Shown piece by piece: positions 20,455 to 30,694 of a stretch of DNA of 64,000 nt; the first letter of the stretch is position 1, and each line of letters begins with the position of its first letter. Under the pieces are notes generated by a model. It did not search any database and had not been told where the DNA came from. It saw only the letters and a list, made by a program, of their open reading frames with translations. Both the position numbers and the translations under genes were made by a program. Origin of the DNA: Shigella phage Sf25; sequence record MF327009. The stretch is one strand, 5' to 3'.

Positions 20455-21610
20455 TTAACTGCTCGAGGTCAGTTTCTAAATCAGCTGCTGATTTACTTTT
20501 ACTTTCTGGAGATTTAAATTTTTCAACCTTTGAGTTAATCAATTCATCAACTTCAGCTTCAACAATTTCATTACTATCAATAGCACCTAACTGATAAGCA
20601 CGTTTAATAGCATCTCGGAATGGCTGATGCTTAAATAAAGGACCCCAGAATGTAGTGCAGTTGGTATCTTTTGCACGCCAAGATTTTTCTTCGCGAATCA
20701 TCTCACCGGTTTCTTCGTCAAGAAATTCACGAGCATACCAGCCATTTTTAGGTTTTACCACAAATCCTAATTCAAGAGCCATATCTAACAATCCAGAATA
20801 AGGATCGATGCCACCGTCAAATTTAACATCAATAAAGAATTTACTTTTTTCTTTAACGGTACGAGATTTTTCTACATTTAGAACAAATTGATACCCCTGA
20901 AGATCAGAACCATCTTTAATCTGGCGCTTACCGATAATGAATACAGTATCAGCCGAATACATTACGCCTGTACCACCTGTCATCACGGTTTTACTAAACA
21001 TTTCAATTGTTTCAATTGTATGGTTAACCGCAACACATGGAATATTTTTAATGCTAAAGTAAGGAGTAACAATACGGAATAATGACTTCAGTGATTTAGC
21101 ACGAGTCATATCTGCCACAGATTTTTCATTCAAGGCATCTTCAGTTTCTTTCTTAGAAGCCATATTACCGATTGAGTCGATGAATACAATAACTTTTTCA
21201 CCGCGCTCAATAGCTTCAAGCTGATTCACCATATCAATTTTTAGCTGTTCAACTGACTGAATCGGCGTATGAATTACTCGTTCTGGGTCAACCCCCATGG
21301 ATCGCAAATAAGCTGGAGTAATACCAAATTCGCTATCATAGAATAGACAAACCGCGTCAGGATATTTGTTCAAATATGCCGCAACCATAGTCAAAGACAT
21401 ATTTGATTTAAAGTGTTTAGAAGGCCCTGCGAAAATAGTTAAACCAGACTGCATACCGCCATCAATCGCACCAGAAATAGCAATATTAAGCATTGGAATT
21501 TTTGTACGAATTACATCCTTTTCATTAAAGAATTTAGATGTAGTCAGTTCAGCAGTCATTTTAGAAGTGGAAGCTTTAATCAAACGGGATTTTAAATCTG
21601 CAATAGACAT
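20429..21610 (-). CDS. uvsX: UvsX recombinase (RecA-like), 393 aa
   Basis: RecA fold with Walker A GPSKHFKS; T4 UvsX-like N-terminus MSIADLKSRLIKASTSKMTAELT. Confidence 0.9.
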   Translation of the reverse strand: MSIADLKSRLIKASTSKMTAELTTSKFFNEKDVIRTKIPMLNIAISGAIDGGMQSGLTIFAGPSKHFKSNMSLTMVAAYLNKYPDAVCLFYDSEFGITPAYLRSMGVDPERVIHTPIQSVEQLKIDMVNQLEAIERGEKVIVFIDSIGNMASKKETEDALNEKSVADMTRAKSLKSLFRIVTPYFSIKNIPCVAVNHTIETIEMFSKTVMTGGTGVMYSADTVFIIGKRQIKDGSDLQGYQFVLNVEKSRTVKEKSKFFIDVKFDGGIDPYSGLLDMALELGFVVKPKNGWYAREFLDEETGEMIREEKSWRAKDTNCTTFWGPLFKHQPFRDAIKRAYQLGAIDSNEIVEAEVDELINSKVEKFKSPESKSKSAADLETDLEQLSDMEEFNE

Positions 21611-21687
21611 TCATTTTTTCCATAGGCATCATTATATTTTCCTCACTGGTTAAAGATAGAGTAATTATAACACAATAAATTTAGGCA

Positions 21688-22536
21688 TTAATCAACTGCT
21701 ATTGGATGAATAGCATTAAACTTATGAAATGCTTCTGATTTTTCTTTACGTGAAACGCACATGCGAAGAACCTTTAATGGTTCGTCTTCTTCACCCAACG
21801 ATTTTCGTTTTTCAATATTAGAAGTTTTCCAACGAGCTTGCTCTGGAAACTCTCTATTGATTTGCTCAAGCGCTCTATTATGTTTAGAATTACTACGAAT
21901 TGAACTGCACCCGCCAGGAGCTTGTGCTTTTCCAGATACAACCAGATATTTGAACAAGGCCAAATGCGGATAACCTTGATTAATTAAATTGAGAAATGCA
22001 TACATATCTTCGCACAAATCAATTTTTCCATACCCAATTTGTTCTGTCGTAAGTTTTCCAAGGTCATACCATGTATTCGTGAATCCATATGAATTTTCAC
22101 GATAATTACCCCAAGATGAAGTAATTTTAAAAATTGGTAGGCGAGCATGACCATGATAATACCCGCAATCCATGGCATCCTCAACGTATTGAATCAATTC
22201 ATAGAACTGTTCACGGGTTAATTGATTGACTTTATCTACACAACGACGGTCATCTCTTTTTCGCATTGAACTCATACGAATAGTAGTATCATCGTCAATC
22301 ATCCAGATTCGTTGACCTGCATACATATCAGTAATTGCTTTACGAGTACCGGCAATTCCGTTTACATCATCAGGAATAGTTATAATTTTAGCTCTAGACC
22401 CATAAGCGTCATAATAAGCTTTTTCTTCATGTTCACGCACTACAATATGGGGTTCATAATCAGTCGGAAACATATCAAGGGCAGAAACTGCCCCGACACG
22501 CTGATAACTTGGAATTACGAATTGAATCATTTCCAC
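21688..22536 (-). CDS. GT-A type glycosyltransferase at the beta-gt locus (282 aa)
   Basis: IWMIDDDT motif typical of GT-A folds; replaces the 351-aa T4 beta-gt between uvsX and 42, consistent with T2/T6-type glucosylation. Confidence 0.55.
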   Translation of the reverse strand: MEMIQFVIPSYQRVGAVSALDMFPTDYEPHIVVREHEEKAYYDAYGSRAKIITIPDDVNGIAGTRKAITDMYAGQRIWMIDDDTTIRMSSMRKRDDRRCVDKVNQLTREQFYELIQYVEDAMDCGYYHGHARLPIFKITSSWGNYRENSYGFTNTWYDLGKLTTEQIGYGKIDLCEDMYAFLNLINQGYPHLALFKYLVVSGKAQAPGGCSSIRSNSKHNRALEQINREFPEQARWKTSNIEKRKSLGEEDEPLKVLRMCVSRKEKSEAFHKFNAIHPIAVD

Positions 22537-23381
22537 TCACCGTTATAATCTTTTTTCACAATATGAGTTTCGCCAGTATTCCACCAATGATCAACCAAGT
22601 AAAAATGACGAGAATATACATGAAGACTTCCAACATTCCATATAATAGAACCTGCTTTATACTGACGAGTTGAATCGCCGGCATTCAAATCAGATACTAA
22701 TTTATCTAATACGTATTTTTGCCATGCATAATCATTACGGAATCCGAAGACCACGTCATTTGAGCGCATGCTTACTACTGCATTGACTTTCTTATCACGA
22801 ATCAGGTACTGTACTGTATTAGTACACATGAAATCTGACATACCATCTTTATTGTAGTCAAATTGCATGGATGGACGAGTCATGCTTACTACTGCATTGA
22901 CTTTCTTATCACGAATCAGGTACTGTACTGTATTAGTACACATGAAATCTGACATACCATCTTTATTGTAGTCAAATTGCATGGATGGACGAGTATAAAT
23001 CATGATACCACGTCGAGAATCAGGATTTTGACCAAGTTCAGCTAAACACATATCATACTGGGCATAGTTATCTTCTGACCAAATAGCCCAACCATAATTC
23101 GAGTTAATTTCGCCTTTAGAAGATGCTACCTGCTGCCAAATCTTTGGTGTTTCGCCTGGAATATCTTTGACAAACAGACTTTGAGACTTGTACCATTCAA
23201 GTTCACGCTGAATGTATTCATCATTAAGAGCGCCAAAAATAAAGGGTTCATCTGCTACAAATGATGCGCCAATAATTTCAATAGTTTTAACACCGGTTTT
23301 ATCAACTACGAAATCTTTTTCTTTTAATGCAAGCCCCAAATGAAGACGGATTTCTTCAACTGTCATAAAGTCACTAATCAT
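22527..23381 (-). CDS. 42: dCMP hydroxymethylase gp42 carrying an in-frame 38-aa tandem duplication (284 aa)
   Basis: Thymidylate-synthase-like fold; peptide VNAVVSMTRPSMQFDYNKDGMSDFMCTNTVQYLIRDKK occurs twice. Confidence 0.85.
   Translation of the reverse strand: MISDFMTVEEIRLHLGLALKEKDFVVDKTGVKTIEIIGASFVADEPFIFGALNDEYIQRELEWYKSQSLFVKDIPGETPKIWQQVASSKGEINSNYGWAIWSEDNYAQYDMCLAELGQNPDSRRGIMIYTRPSMQFDYNKDGMSDFMCTNTVQYLIRDKKVNAVVSMTRPSMQFDYNKDGMSDFMCTNTVQYLIRDKKVNAVVSMRSNDVVFGFRNDYAWQKYVLDKLVSDLNAGDSTRQYKAGSIIWNVGSLHVYSRHFYLVDHWWNTGETHIVKKDYNGEWK
22767..22994. repeat. exact tandem duplication, 2 x 114 bp, inside gene 42
   Basis: Identical head-to-tail copies, in frame. Confidence 0.85.
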
Positions 23382-23534
23382 TTAAACCTCAATTGATACA
23401 TTCATATTTAACTTGTAACAGTAATAAGCTCCAACCTAAAATAATAGTCGGAATCATAAGAGGAACCGTTACACTATAGTATATACTTATTATAATCATC
23501 AAGATTAAAAGCAACACTGTTATAATTTTGCTTT

Positions 23535-23786
23535 TCATTCTTTCTCTCTGATGATAATTACCTGATTTGGCTGTGCAGACTTTTTAGTTTCACCAGCAAT
23601 TGACCAAATAAATGTAATAAACCAACCAATAATTGACCAGTTAAACAGTAAAGATGTGAAAAAGATTCCTACTGTCGATTTTGACCCACGCATCAAGGCG
23701 ATAAACCATGGAAGCATGTATATAATAATAGCCAACACACCTGAAACTAAAACCATAAAAATTGAACCTGCTACTAAAGTTTCCAT
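23535..23786 (-). CDS. imm: Imm superinfection-immunity membrane protein (83 aa)
   Basis: Two TM helices; size and position upstream of gene 42 as in T4. Confidence 0.7.
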   Translation of the reverse strand: METLVAGSIFMVLVSGVLAIIIYMLPWFIALMRGSKSTVGIFFTSLLFNWSIIGWFITFIWSIAGETKKSAQPNQVIIIREKE

Positions 23787-23793
23787 GTTTTCC

Positions 23794-24174
23794 TCACTTA
23801 GTCAAATTTTTTACGCATGAATTATAAGAATTCACTACATACTCCATCGGAGCATTTTTACCAGTACGCCATTGGTAATTATTAGCCCAATTAGCCCAAA
23901 GCTCGGCGCAGTAGTTTTCAATTTTTTCTTCGCGTGTAATTACATCAGAATTACGATATGCTTGAGCAGATTCATTTGGACGAATAGCTTCGTCAAAATT
24001 CGCCTGCATTTGTTCTACTGTTTGCTTTGGAGCTTCTTTATAACACTTGACATTAGGATTATAAAATTTGCTTGAACAGTTTACAATTTTTCCTACATCA
24101 GACTGATTTATTACCGGTCCTTGAGCTACACAACCAGTAAGACCTAATGCAATAACCAAAATAGCGATTTTCAT
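23794..24174 (-). CDS. secreted lipoprotein (imm.1 position)
   Basis: Signal peptide with lipobox LTGC. Confidence 0.5.
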   Translation of the reverse strand: MKIAILVIALGLTGCVAQGPVINQSDVGKIVNCSSKFYNPNVKCYKEAPKQTVEQMQANFDEAIRPNESAQAYRNSDVITREEKIENYCAELWANWANNYQWRTGKNAPMEYVVNSYNSCVKNLTK

Positions 24175-24184
24175 AATAATTTCC

Positions 24185-24433
24185 TCAAATGCAAGTAGTA
24201 ATTACTCCAGTAGTGCTTATGCAGGTATTACCCATTTGCACACCTAAAGATCCATTTGTATTCACATGAAGATTATCATCAATTTTAACTGATATTTTAC
24301 CATTAGTGTGAATAACGGTGCTAGATTCAATCACAGGTTGAGTATCATTTTCAACACTAACAAATGGAACTGCTGCTAATGCAACTAAACAAACTGCTAA
24401 GCATCCCATAACAATTTTCATTTTATTCTCCAA
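24185..24433 (-). CDS. small secreted protein
   Basis: N-terminal signal peptide (MKIVMGCLAVCLVALAAVPFVS). Confidence 0.4.
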   Translation of the reverse strand: MENKMKIVMGCLAVCLVALAAVPFVSVENDTQPVIESSTVIHTNGKISVKIDDNLHVNTNGSLGVQMGNTCISTTGVITTCI

Positions 24434-24565
24434 ATCCGTATTAGTTGATAGTTGTATAGTACCATGGAAGAACAGTCTTGTAAACAGTTTTGTGAAAATT
24501 TTTTAGGGAATTCTAAAGGTCCAGAATCATCTGTTTTTCATAAGTATAGATTTATATTACTTGTA

Positions 24566-24589
24566 TGAAAAAGGGACCCGGAGGTCCCT
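24566..24589 (-). terminator. intrinsic terminator after gene 43
   Basis: Minus-strand hairpin GGGACC-TCCG-GGTCCC followed by TTTTTC. Confidence 0.6.
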
Positions 24590-24601
24590 AGATTTATTCT
24601 A

Positions 24602-27445
24602 TCAGCCAAACAGGAAGTCTAACGAAGCTTTTTCTTCATAGTCCATACCAGCCGATTCACACATGCCTGCAAGCGGTTTAACAAACGATTTTTGGAACAA
24701 AGTTGAGTAGTCAATCCAAGACAGTACGTCAGAACGAATTTCTTTTGGAAGTTCTGTACCCGACGGCCAAGCAATGCATTTGTCACCAAATGGATTTCCT
24801 TCACGCAATGGAAGAACCATTACTTTATTTCCATCCAAAATTGGAGCTACACCTAAACCGCTAACAGCTCGACGATAAGTTAGCACACCACGAATATGGA
24901 ACGGACATTTAAATCCTGGCCAACCTTTATCATCATATTTCGCTATATCGTTCGCAGTTTTTACTTCAGCAATAACTTTATAGTCAAGTTGACGATATTC
25001 TTTCTCGAAGTTCTTGTAATATTCTTGGACAGACTCTTCACCTTCCTGAAGAATACGACGAATACTTTCTTCGAGAGCTTCTTGGACCGCTTTAGGCGTT
25101 GAACTCTGCTGAGTTTCCATACCCATGATTTTTAGATGCGGTTCAGCAAATCGCTTATCTTCCATATCATATACGTTCAGAGCATAACGCTTTTTCGCTT
25201 TCCAAAATCCGCCAACGCCCTTTGAACCAAGTGGAGGGCAAGAAATAGCTTCACGGTCCATATGCATCAGATGCTCGCGGTTATTCATATAATCACATAA
25301 CTCACGATATGCAACATCAATCATAGGTTCCATCTTTTTCTTACCGAACTGATTCATGAATTCAACTAAATCGTTCTGCTCTTTGAATCGGTCAAGACCA
25401 ACTTTTTCAATAACTTTATCTACACAAACATATACCGAATCAGTATCACCTGCTGCAATGAAATCTTCGCCATTAGTTCCGCATACTTTATTCAGATATT
25501 CATTAATTTTACGAGCAATCCACTGAATACCAACTTGGCCGAAAATTGTGATAGCAGTAGCATTTCGCAAATCATAGTAACGGAAATGAATATTACCAAG
25601 AGCACCATAAAGACTGTTAATAAGAATTTTACGGTTCAGCTGATTTGTGTTAGCAAGTGTAGCTGCTTTTTCACACTCTTCGATCAAACTATTAAGAACA
25701 GATTCGGTGTAATTCGATAGTTCATTTAAGAAATCATCACTGAACTTAACATATCGTTCAACTTCTGGTTTAGTTGAGCAAGACCCTGCGCCTTTCATAA
25801 TAATCTTTTTAATAGCTTCGGCATTCATTTCTTCAGCGAACATTTTCTTTTTCCAATCTTTACGCTGGAAAAATACTTTAGCGATTTCCTTTGGAATGAT
25901 ACCTTCTTGATGCTTATCATACATCCATCCATTCGGAGAACAAGAATATTCATCACTCGGTTTAGGAGCTGTTCCTGCGATATATTCATGAATTGGATGA
26001 ACTTTAAACTGACCACGAATAGTCTCAGGACTAATGTTAACCTGACGAATAATGCTCGGATACAGAGACGTCAAGTCAAAACTCATAATATATCGACGAG
26101 CAATTGGTTTAGGTTCAAACACAAATGCACCCGGAAAACTCTGTTTAACGTGCGAACCTTGTTGAGGAATAACCTTATGTTCACCTTTCAATGAGTTAAA
26201 AATAATAGCATCCCAAGTTTTAATAGGACTCATTACACCGGAAAAAGGCATTTTAGCGTAATAAGACATACTTAAAACTAGATCGATAAACCCGCGAATT
26301 TTATCAATTGCTTGAACTGATTCTACGTCAATGATGTTATAACTAATGTATCGTTGATGATTAGTCTCACGAAGTTTATTAATAGGACCGTCGTATGGTA
26401 ATTTACCTTTTTTGGTTTCATGTTGAGCAACTGATTCCAAAGAGAATGACGGCAAATTAGTAAAAGCGAATTTCTTGTACAAATCTAAATAATCAAGAAT
26501 AGATACGCCATCAATAGAATAAATTTCTTTGCTGCCGTACATATTTTGAATTAGTTTGGATTTTACCCGACCGATTGGAGAGAAACGTTTCATACTGCGT
26601 TCGCCTAGAATCATTTTAACACGATTCATGATATATGGAACGTCAAACCCCTCAATATTCCAACCGGTAAAAATAGCAGGTCGTTTCTGTTCCCAGAGAT
26701 TGATATATTCCATGAGCATATCACGCTCATTATCGAATGGCATATAAATTACTCGGTCAAGAATTTCTTGAGGAACTTCATCACCACCTTCACAGTCAAG
26801 CTTAGCAGCTAACTTTGCATCCCATTTTGATACTGAACCGTACATTGAATTCAAAAGGTCGAAAACATAAAAACGATCGTCAATTGAATCGTAATGAGTG
26901 ATAGCATCAATTTCATATTCAGCTTTCATTGGGTCAGGAAATTTATCACCAGTAACCTCAATGTCACAGTTAGCTACACGAACACCGTACATTGAATTCA
27001 AAAGGTCGAAAACATAAAAACGATCGTCAATTGAATCGTAATGAGTGATAGCATCAATTTCATATTCAGCTTTCATTGGGTCAGGAAATTTATCACCAGT
27101 AACCTCAATGTCACAGTTAGCTACACGAACAAATTTTCGGTCATAAACAATTTCTGAACCATATGTATCACTGATATAAGCGAGTTTAAAATCGTTCATA
27201 CCGAGAGCTTCGAGACCGATGTCTTCCATTCGCTTCATCCAATCTCGAGCATCTTTCATTGATGGAAATTTTTGAGGAGCGCAGTTTTTACCATAGATGT
27301 CTTTGTACTTTGACTCTTCCTTACAATGCCTAAACATAGTTGGAAGATATTCTACTTCACGAGTACGTTCCTTTCCATTTTCATCAATATAACGTTCAAC
27401 AATATTATTTCCGACTGTTTCAATAGAGATATAAAATTCTTTCAT
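24602..27445 (-). CDS. 43: DNA polymerase gp43 (family B) carrying an in-frame 49-aa tandem duplication (947 aa)
   Basis: Exo I (CDIEVTG), DTDS polymerase motif, KKRY; T4 gp43 is 898 aa; duplicated block RVANCDIEVTG...LLNSMYG. Confidence 0.95.
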   Translation of the reverse strand: MKEFYISIETVGNNIVERYIDENGKERTREVEYLPTMFRHCKEESKYKDIYGKNCAPQKFPSMKDARDWMKRMEDIGLEALGMNDFKLAYISDTYGSEIVYDRKFVRVANCDIEVTGDKFPDPMKAEYEIDAITHYDSIDDRFYVFDLLNSMYGVRVANCDIEVTGDKFPDPMKAEYEIDAITHYDSIDDRFYVFDLLNSMYGSVSKWDAKLAAKLDCEGGDEVPQEILDRVIYMPFDNERDMLMEYINLWEQKRPAIFTGWNIEGFDVPYIMNRVKMILGERSMKRFSPIGRVKSKLIQNMYGSKEIYSIDGVSILDYLDLYKKFAFTNLPSFSLESVAQHETKKGKLPYDGPINKLRETNHQRYISYNIIDVESVQAIDKIRGFIDLVLSMSYYAKMPFSGVMSPIKTWDAIIFNSLKGEHKVIPQQGSHVKQSFPGAFVFEPKPIARRYIMSFDLTSLYPSIIRQVNISPETIRGQFKVHPIHEYIAGTAPKPSDEYSCSPNGWMYDKHQEGIIPKEIAKVFFQRKDWKKKMFAEEMNAEAIKKIIMKGAGSCSTKPEVERYVKFSDDFLNELSNYTESVLNSLIEECEKAATLANTNQLNRKILINSLYGALGNIHFRYYDLRNATAITIFGQVGIQWIARKINEYLNKVCGTNGEDFIAAGDTDSVYVCVDKVIEKVGLDRFKEQNDLVEFMNQFGKKKMEPMIDVAYRELCDYMNNREHLMHMDREAISCPPLGSKGVGGFWKAKKRYALNVYDMEDKRFAEPHLKIMGMETQQSSTPKAVQEALEESIRRILQEGEESVQEYYKNFEKEYRQLDYKVIAEVKTANDIAKYDDKGWPGFKCPFHIRGVLTYRRAVSGLGVAPILDGNKVMVLPLREGNPFGDKCIAWPSGTELPKEIRSDVLSWIDYSTLFQKSFVKPLAGMCESAGMDYEEKASLDFLFG
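26837..27130. repeat. exact tandem duplication, 2 x 147 bp, inside gene 43
   Basis: Identical copies, in frame; includes the Exo I motif. Confidence 0.85.
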
Positions 27446-27502
27446 AGATATTCCTTAGTTTATAGCCCGAGTTATTAGGCTCTTGATATATTATACTCCA
27501 AA

Positions 27503-27520
27503 TAAGGGGCCGAAGCCCCT
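27503..27520 (-). promoter_or_regulatory. hairpin upstream of gene 43 start (terminator and/or translational operator)
   Basis: AGGGGC-TTCG-GCCCCT hairpin about 60 nt upstream of the gene 43 ATG. Confidence 0.4.
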
Positions 27521-27523
27521 TGC

Positions 27524-27787
27524 TTAAATTAGTACTATTTGTCGGTGAAAAATTGTCATTCCATCTGCATTAATTGACTTAACGACTGCAGTAAAGTGTT
27601 TTTGTTCTGGATGAATTAATTTTTGAAATTCTACCTGAAATTTTAGTTGAAGGTTTTCTGGTAAATCAAAAAGTGTTTCTGTTGCAGAAAGATTATATTT
27701 TTCTTTAAGAGACGTCATGTATTCTTGTGGAGTTATAGCAGTCATATTAATTACCAATCGTATATTTAGGAACGAGTTTCCATTCAT
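27524..27787 (-). CDS. small hypothetical protein between regA and 43
   Basis: ORF track; probable start at internal ATG just after regA stop. Confidence 0.3.
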   Translation of the reverse strand: MNGNSFLNIRLVINMTAITPQEYMTSLKEKYNLSATETLFDLPENLQLKFQVEFQKLIHPEQKHFTAVVKSINADGMTIFHRQIVLI

Positions 27788-28115
27788 GTTTTTGTTTAAA
27801 AGAAATAACTCGGAAGTTATTAGTTAAATCTTTCATAAAAGTTCTTTGACCAGGAACGATTTCAATCAATCCCCAATCTTCTAACAACCATGCAATCGAA
27901 TCACGACGAACTTCATCTTCTTCTGCCATTTCAACTTGACGACCATCCATACGAAGCATTTCTTTAAAATGAACGATATAGTATAGTCCTTTTTTCTGAA
28001 GAATATGACAGGACTGATACAGAACTTTATCTTTATTATTAGCAATTCCCATACGAGTCAAAGTTTCTTTTACTTTCAGAAAATCTTCAGGTTTTTTAAG
28101 AGTAATTTCAATCAT
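27747..28115 (-). CDS. regA: RegA translational repressor, 122 aa
   Basis: 122-aa ORF MIEITLKKPEDFLKVKETLTRMG... at conserved position upstream of 43. Confidence 0.8.
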   Translation of the reverse strand: MIEITLKKPEDFLKVKETLTRMGIANNKDKVLYQSCHILQKKGLYYIVHFKEMLRMDGRQVEMAEEDEVRRDSIAWLLEDWGLIEIVPGQRTFMKDLTNNFRVISFKQKHEWKLVPKYTIGN

Positions 28116-28540
28116 TTTACCATTCCAATGCTAGTTTTTTGAGTTGTTTCTGTTCTTTTACGTTCTTAGTCACTTCTTTCAAAAAATCATATCTTCGACC
28201 AGTTTTGCCCATTTACCATATCTTTTACCACGAGGAACTGCAGCCATCAGATAATTAAAATGAGCTTCATCACTTAAGCCTGATCCAATTAAATTCATAG
28301 CATATACAGCTGGCATGCACTCTGGAAATTGTGATAATGCATTTTCAACCATGAATTTTGAATAATCTTTTTGAGCAATAGAGCATTTAGTTTTATTATT
28401 AATAGCTCCAATTATTTCAAAAAATTCATTTTCAGCTTTTTCTTTAAAAGAATCAGCAGCAGATTGGACAGCTGTCCAATCTTTTGAATACCAAGCAACT
28501 TGATGCTCGTTTAATTGAATATCATCTTCAAATAAGCTCA
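28116..28540 (-). pseudogene. 62: clamp-loader small subunit gene 62, frameshifted/truncated
   Basis: ORF ends prematurely (KLVEDMIF-stop, about 120 aa); conserved C-terminal peptide [23 protein letters not shown] is in the +1 frame ending at the regA start; about 46 codons missing versus T4 gp62 (187 aa). Confidence 0.6.
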
Positions 28541-28542
28541 TA

Positions 28543-29517
28543 TCACTTCCACTGCATTTCACATGCTAATTGAATGAAAAGATAAGCTAAATGTAATTCA
28601 GTGTTAGCTGCAATACCATGATACTGATTATTTTCACCAACAATTTCGTACATACGAATAATACTTTGCGGAGTTACACGTGAATAGATTTCTTCGGCAA
28701 GTTTACCCACGAACCACGAATAATCAGCTGCATATTTTGGTGCTAAAGCTCTGAGTTGTTTAACATCTTTATTTTTGAGAGACTCAAGAACATCATCAAT
28801 AGCACCACGATCGTTAGTAACCAGTGATAAAATACCAGCATCCAAAACACCTTTAGATGAATAACTATCGAGCTCACCAATAGTTTTACGAAAATCAGGA
28901 AAATTCTTTTTAACCAAAGCTGCTACAACTTTCATATCAGCTATAGCAATTCCTTCATGCTTGCAGATTTCAGTCAATCGACGAATCATCTGCTTCATCA
29001 TTTCAATTTTATCTTCATCGGTCGGTTGACCGAATGTAATAACTCGGCAGCGTGACTGGAGAGGTTTAATAATACCATCAATATTGTTAGCAGTAATAAT
29101 AATACTACAGTTTGAACTATAAGCTTCCATAAAGGAACGAAGATGTCGCTGAGACTCTGCTAACCCTGAGCGGTCAAATTCATCAATAACGATTACTTTT
29201 TGACGACCATCAAATGAAGCGGCGCTGGCAAAATTAGTCAAAGGACCACGAACGAAATCAATTTTACAATCTGACCCATTCACAAACATCATATCAGCAT
29301 TTACATCATGACACAATGCTTTCGCTACAGTTGTTTTACCTGTTCCTGGAGAAGGAGAATGAAGAATAATATGTGGAATTTTACCTTTACTTGTAATAGA
29401 TTTAAAGGTTTCTTTATCAAAGGCGGGAAGAATACATTCATCGATAGTAGATGGACGATATTTCTGTTCAAGAATGTGTTCTTTTTCATTTACGGTAATC
29501 ATAATTTCCTCATACAA
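28543..29517 (-). CDS. 44: clamp-loader ATPase gp44 (AAA+)
   Basis: Walker A GTGKTT, Walker B DEFD, SRC motif. Confidence 0.9.
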   Translation of the reverse strand: MYEEIMITVNEKEHILEQKYRPSTIDECILPAFDKETFKSITSKGKIPHIILHSPSPGTGKTTVAKALCHDVNADMMFVNGSDCKIDFVRGPLTNFASAASFDGRQKVIVIDEFDRSGLAESQRHLRSFMEAYSSNCSIIITANNIDGIIKPLQSRCRVITFGQPTDEDKIEMMKQMIRRLTEICKHEGIAIADMKVVAALVKKNFPDFRKTIGELDSYSSKGVLDAGILSLVTNDRGAIDDVLESLKNKDVKQLRALAPKYAADYSWFVGKLAEEIYSRVTPQSIIRMYEIVGENNQYHGIAANTELHLAYLFIQLACEMQWK

Positions 29518-29533
29518 GTTTTAGTGTAAATTA

Positions 29534-29550
29534 TAAAGGGCCGAAGCCCT
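29534..29550 (-). terminator. hairpin between genes 45 and 44
   Basis: AGGGC-TTCG-GCCCT hairpin in the 36-bp intergenic region. Confidence 0.45.
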
Positions 29551-29553
29551 CTA

Positions 29554-30240
29554 TTAAAAATCGTGGGTAGAATCAGCTTCAAGAGCTACTACATAATTCG
29601 CATGTTCACCTTCAAATTTAGCAGCGCCTTGTTTACCTTTTGCCCAAAGCAGAAGTTTATAATTTCCTGGTTGCATTTTCATATTTGCCATATTGATAAT
29701 GAAATTAAATGTATTTTCACCATCATAATCACCAAGAGTCAAAGAATATTTAACACGGGTAAGAGCAGAATCTTCTACTTTATTAAAACCGTTAATTACG
29801 ATTTTACCTTCTTTTACCGTGATAGCAATTGTATCAATTTGCAGACCACGAGATACACGCAACAGCTGTTGAAGGTCTTCAGCTTTAATTTCAGTAACAA
29901 CAGATGCTACCGGGAATGGAATTGGTTTATTAGGAGCAACTACTGTACTCGGATCGGCTGCTGGCCAAAAAATTGTTGAACGAGCATCAGCAATTTTAAT
30001 ATTTCCATCTTCTGACTGGGAAATTTCTGCATCATCATTAACTAGAGACAGAATACCGAGAAAACCGTTCAAATCGTAAATTGCTACATCAAAATCAATA
30101 ACGTCAGAAATATTTGCTTCCGCATAAGTTGTACCATTAACTGCGCGAGTCATAATAAATTGACCGGATTTAAGCATAATACCGGAGTTAATAGTAGCGA
30201 AATTTTTAAGCAGAGCAGTAGTATCTTTAGACAGTTTCAT
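29554..30240 (-). CDS. 45: sliding clamp gp45, 228 aa
   Basis: Exact T4 gp45 length; position upstream of 44. Confidence 0.85.
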   Translation of the reverse strand: MKLSKDTTALLKNFATINSGIMLKSGQFIMTRAVNGTTYAEANISDVIDFDVAIYDLNGFLGILSLVNDDAEISQSEDGNIKIADARSTIFWPAADPSTVVAPNKPIPFPVASVVTEIKAEDLQQLLRVSRGLQIDTIAITVKEGKIVINGFNKVEDSALTRVKYSLTLGDYDGENTFNFIINMANMKMQPGNYKLLLWAKGKQGAAKFEGEHANYVVALEADSTHDF

Positions 30241-30295
30241 GTAATTTCCTTCAATTCAAATGAGATTTAATTTTATAACTAATTTAATAAAGCAA

Positions 30296-30685
30296 TTAAC
30301 GATTAAAATCAGCCGCAATTGTTTCAGCAACAATTTGAGCAGCAACAATTAGGCGTTCATCTGCATTACCGCAATATTCATCTTCTAAACGTTCACCGCA
30401 TGAAGTCATAATAAATTTAGCACCGGCGTTTAGGGATTCTGCAGTATGTTTGCGCATTAGTTCAATCCATTTATTACTTACTTCACGATCGATAGCTTCA
30501 TAATACGCATGACGAGCAGGTGCAGATTTAATTTTGTTCTGAATAACTTCCATTGCGTTATCAGAAAGAGACAAAACCCATGCGCGACGAATTTTATTTT
30601 GGTTTTGCGGATTTGAGTCAGAACGCACGTGTTTTGGCTGAATATCTTTTACATCAACAGTATAATTCACAGTAATTTTAGTCAT
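30296..30685 (-). CDS. rpbA: RNA polymerase-binding protein RpbA-position ORF (129 aa)
   Basis: Size and position downstream of 46-47 and upstream of 45. Confidence 0.6.
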   Translation of the reverse strand: MTKITVNYTVDVKDIQPKHVRSDSNPQNQNKIRRAWVLSLSDNAMEVIQNKIKSAPARHAYYEAIDREVSNKWIELMRKHTAESLNAGAKFIMTSCGERLEDEYCGNADERLIVAAQIVAETIAADFNR

Positions 30686-30694
30686 AATACACCT

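Noticed and set aside
28179-28562. Programmed ribosomal frameshift as the explanation for the gene 62 frame change
   Set aside because: No slippery heptamer or downstream pseudoknot is evident; length deficit versus T4 gp62 (about 139 bp) and the GAT microhomology point to a deletion.
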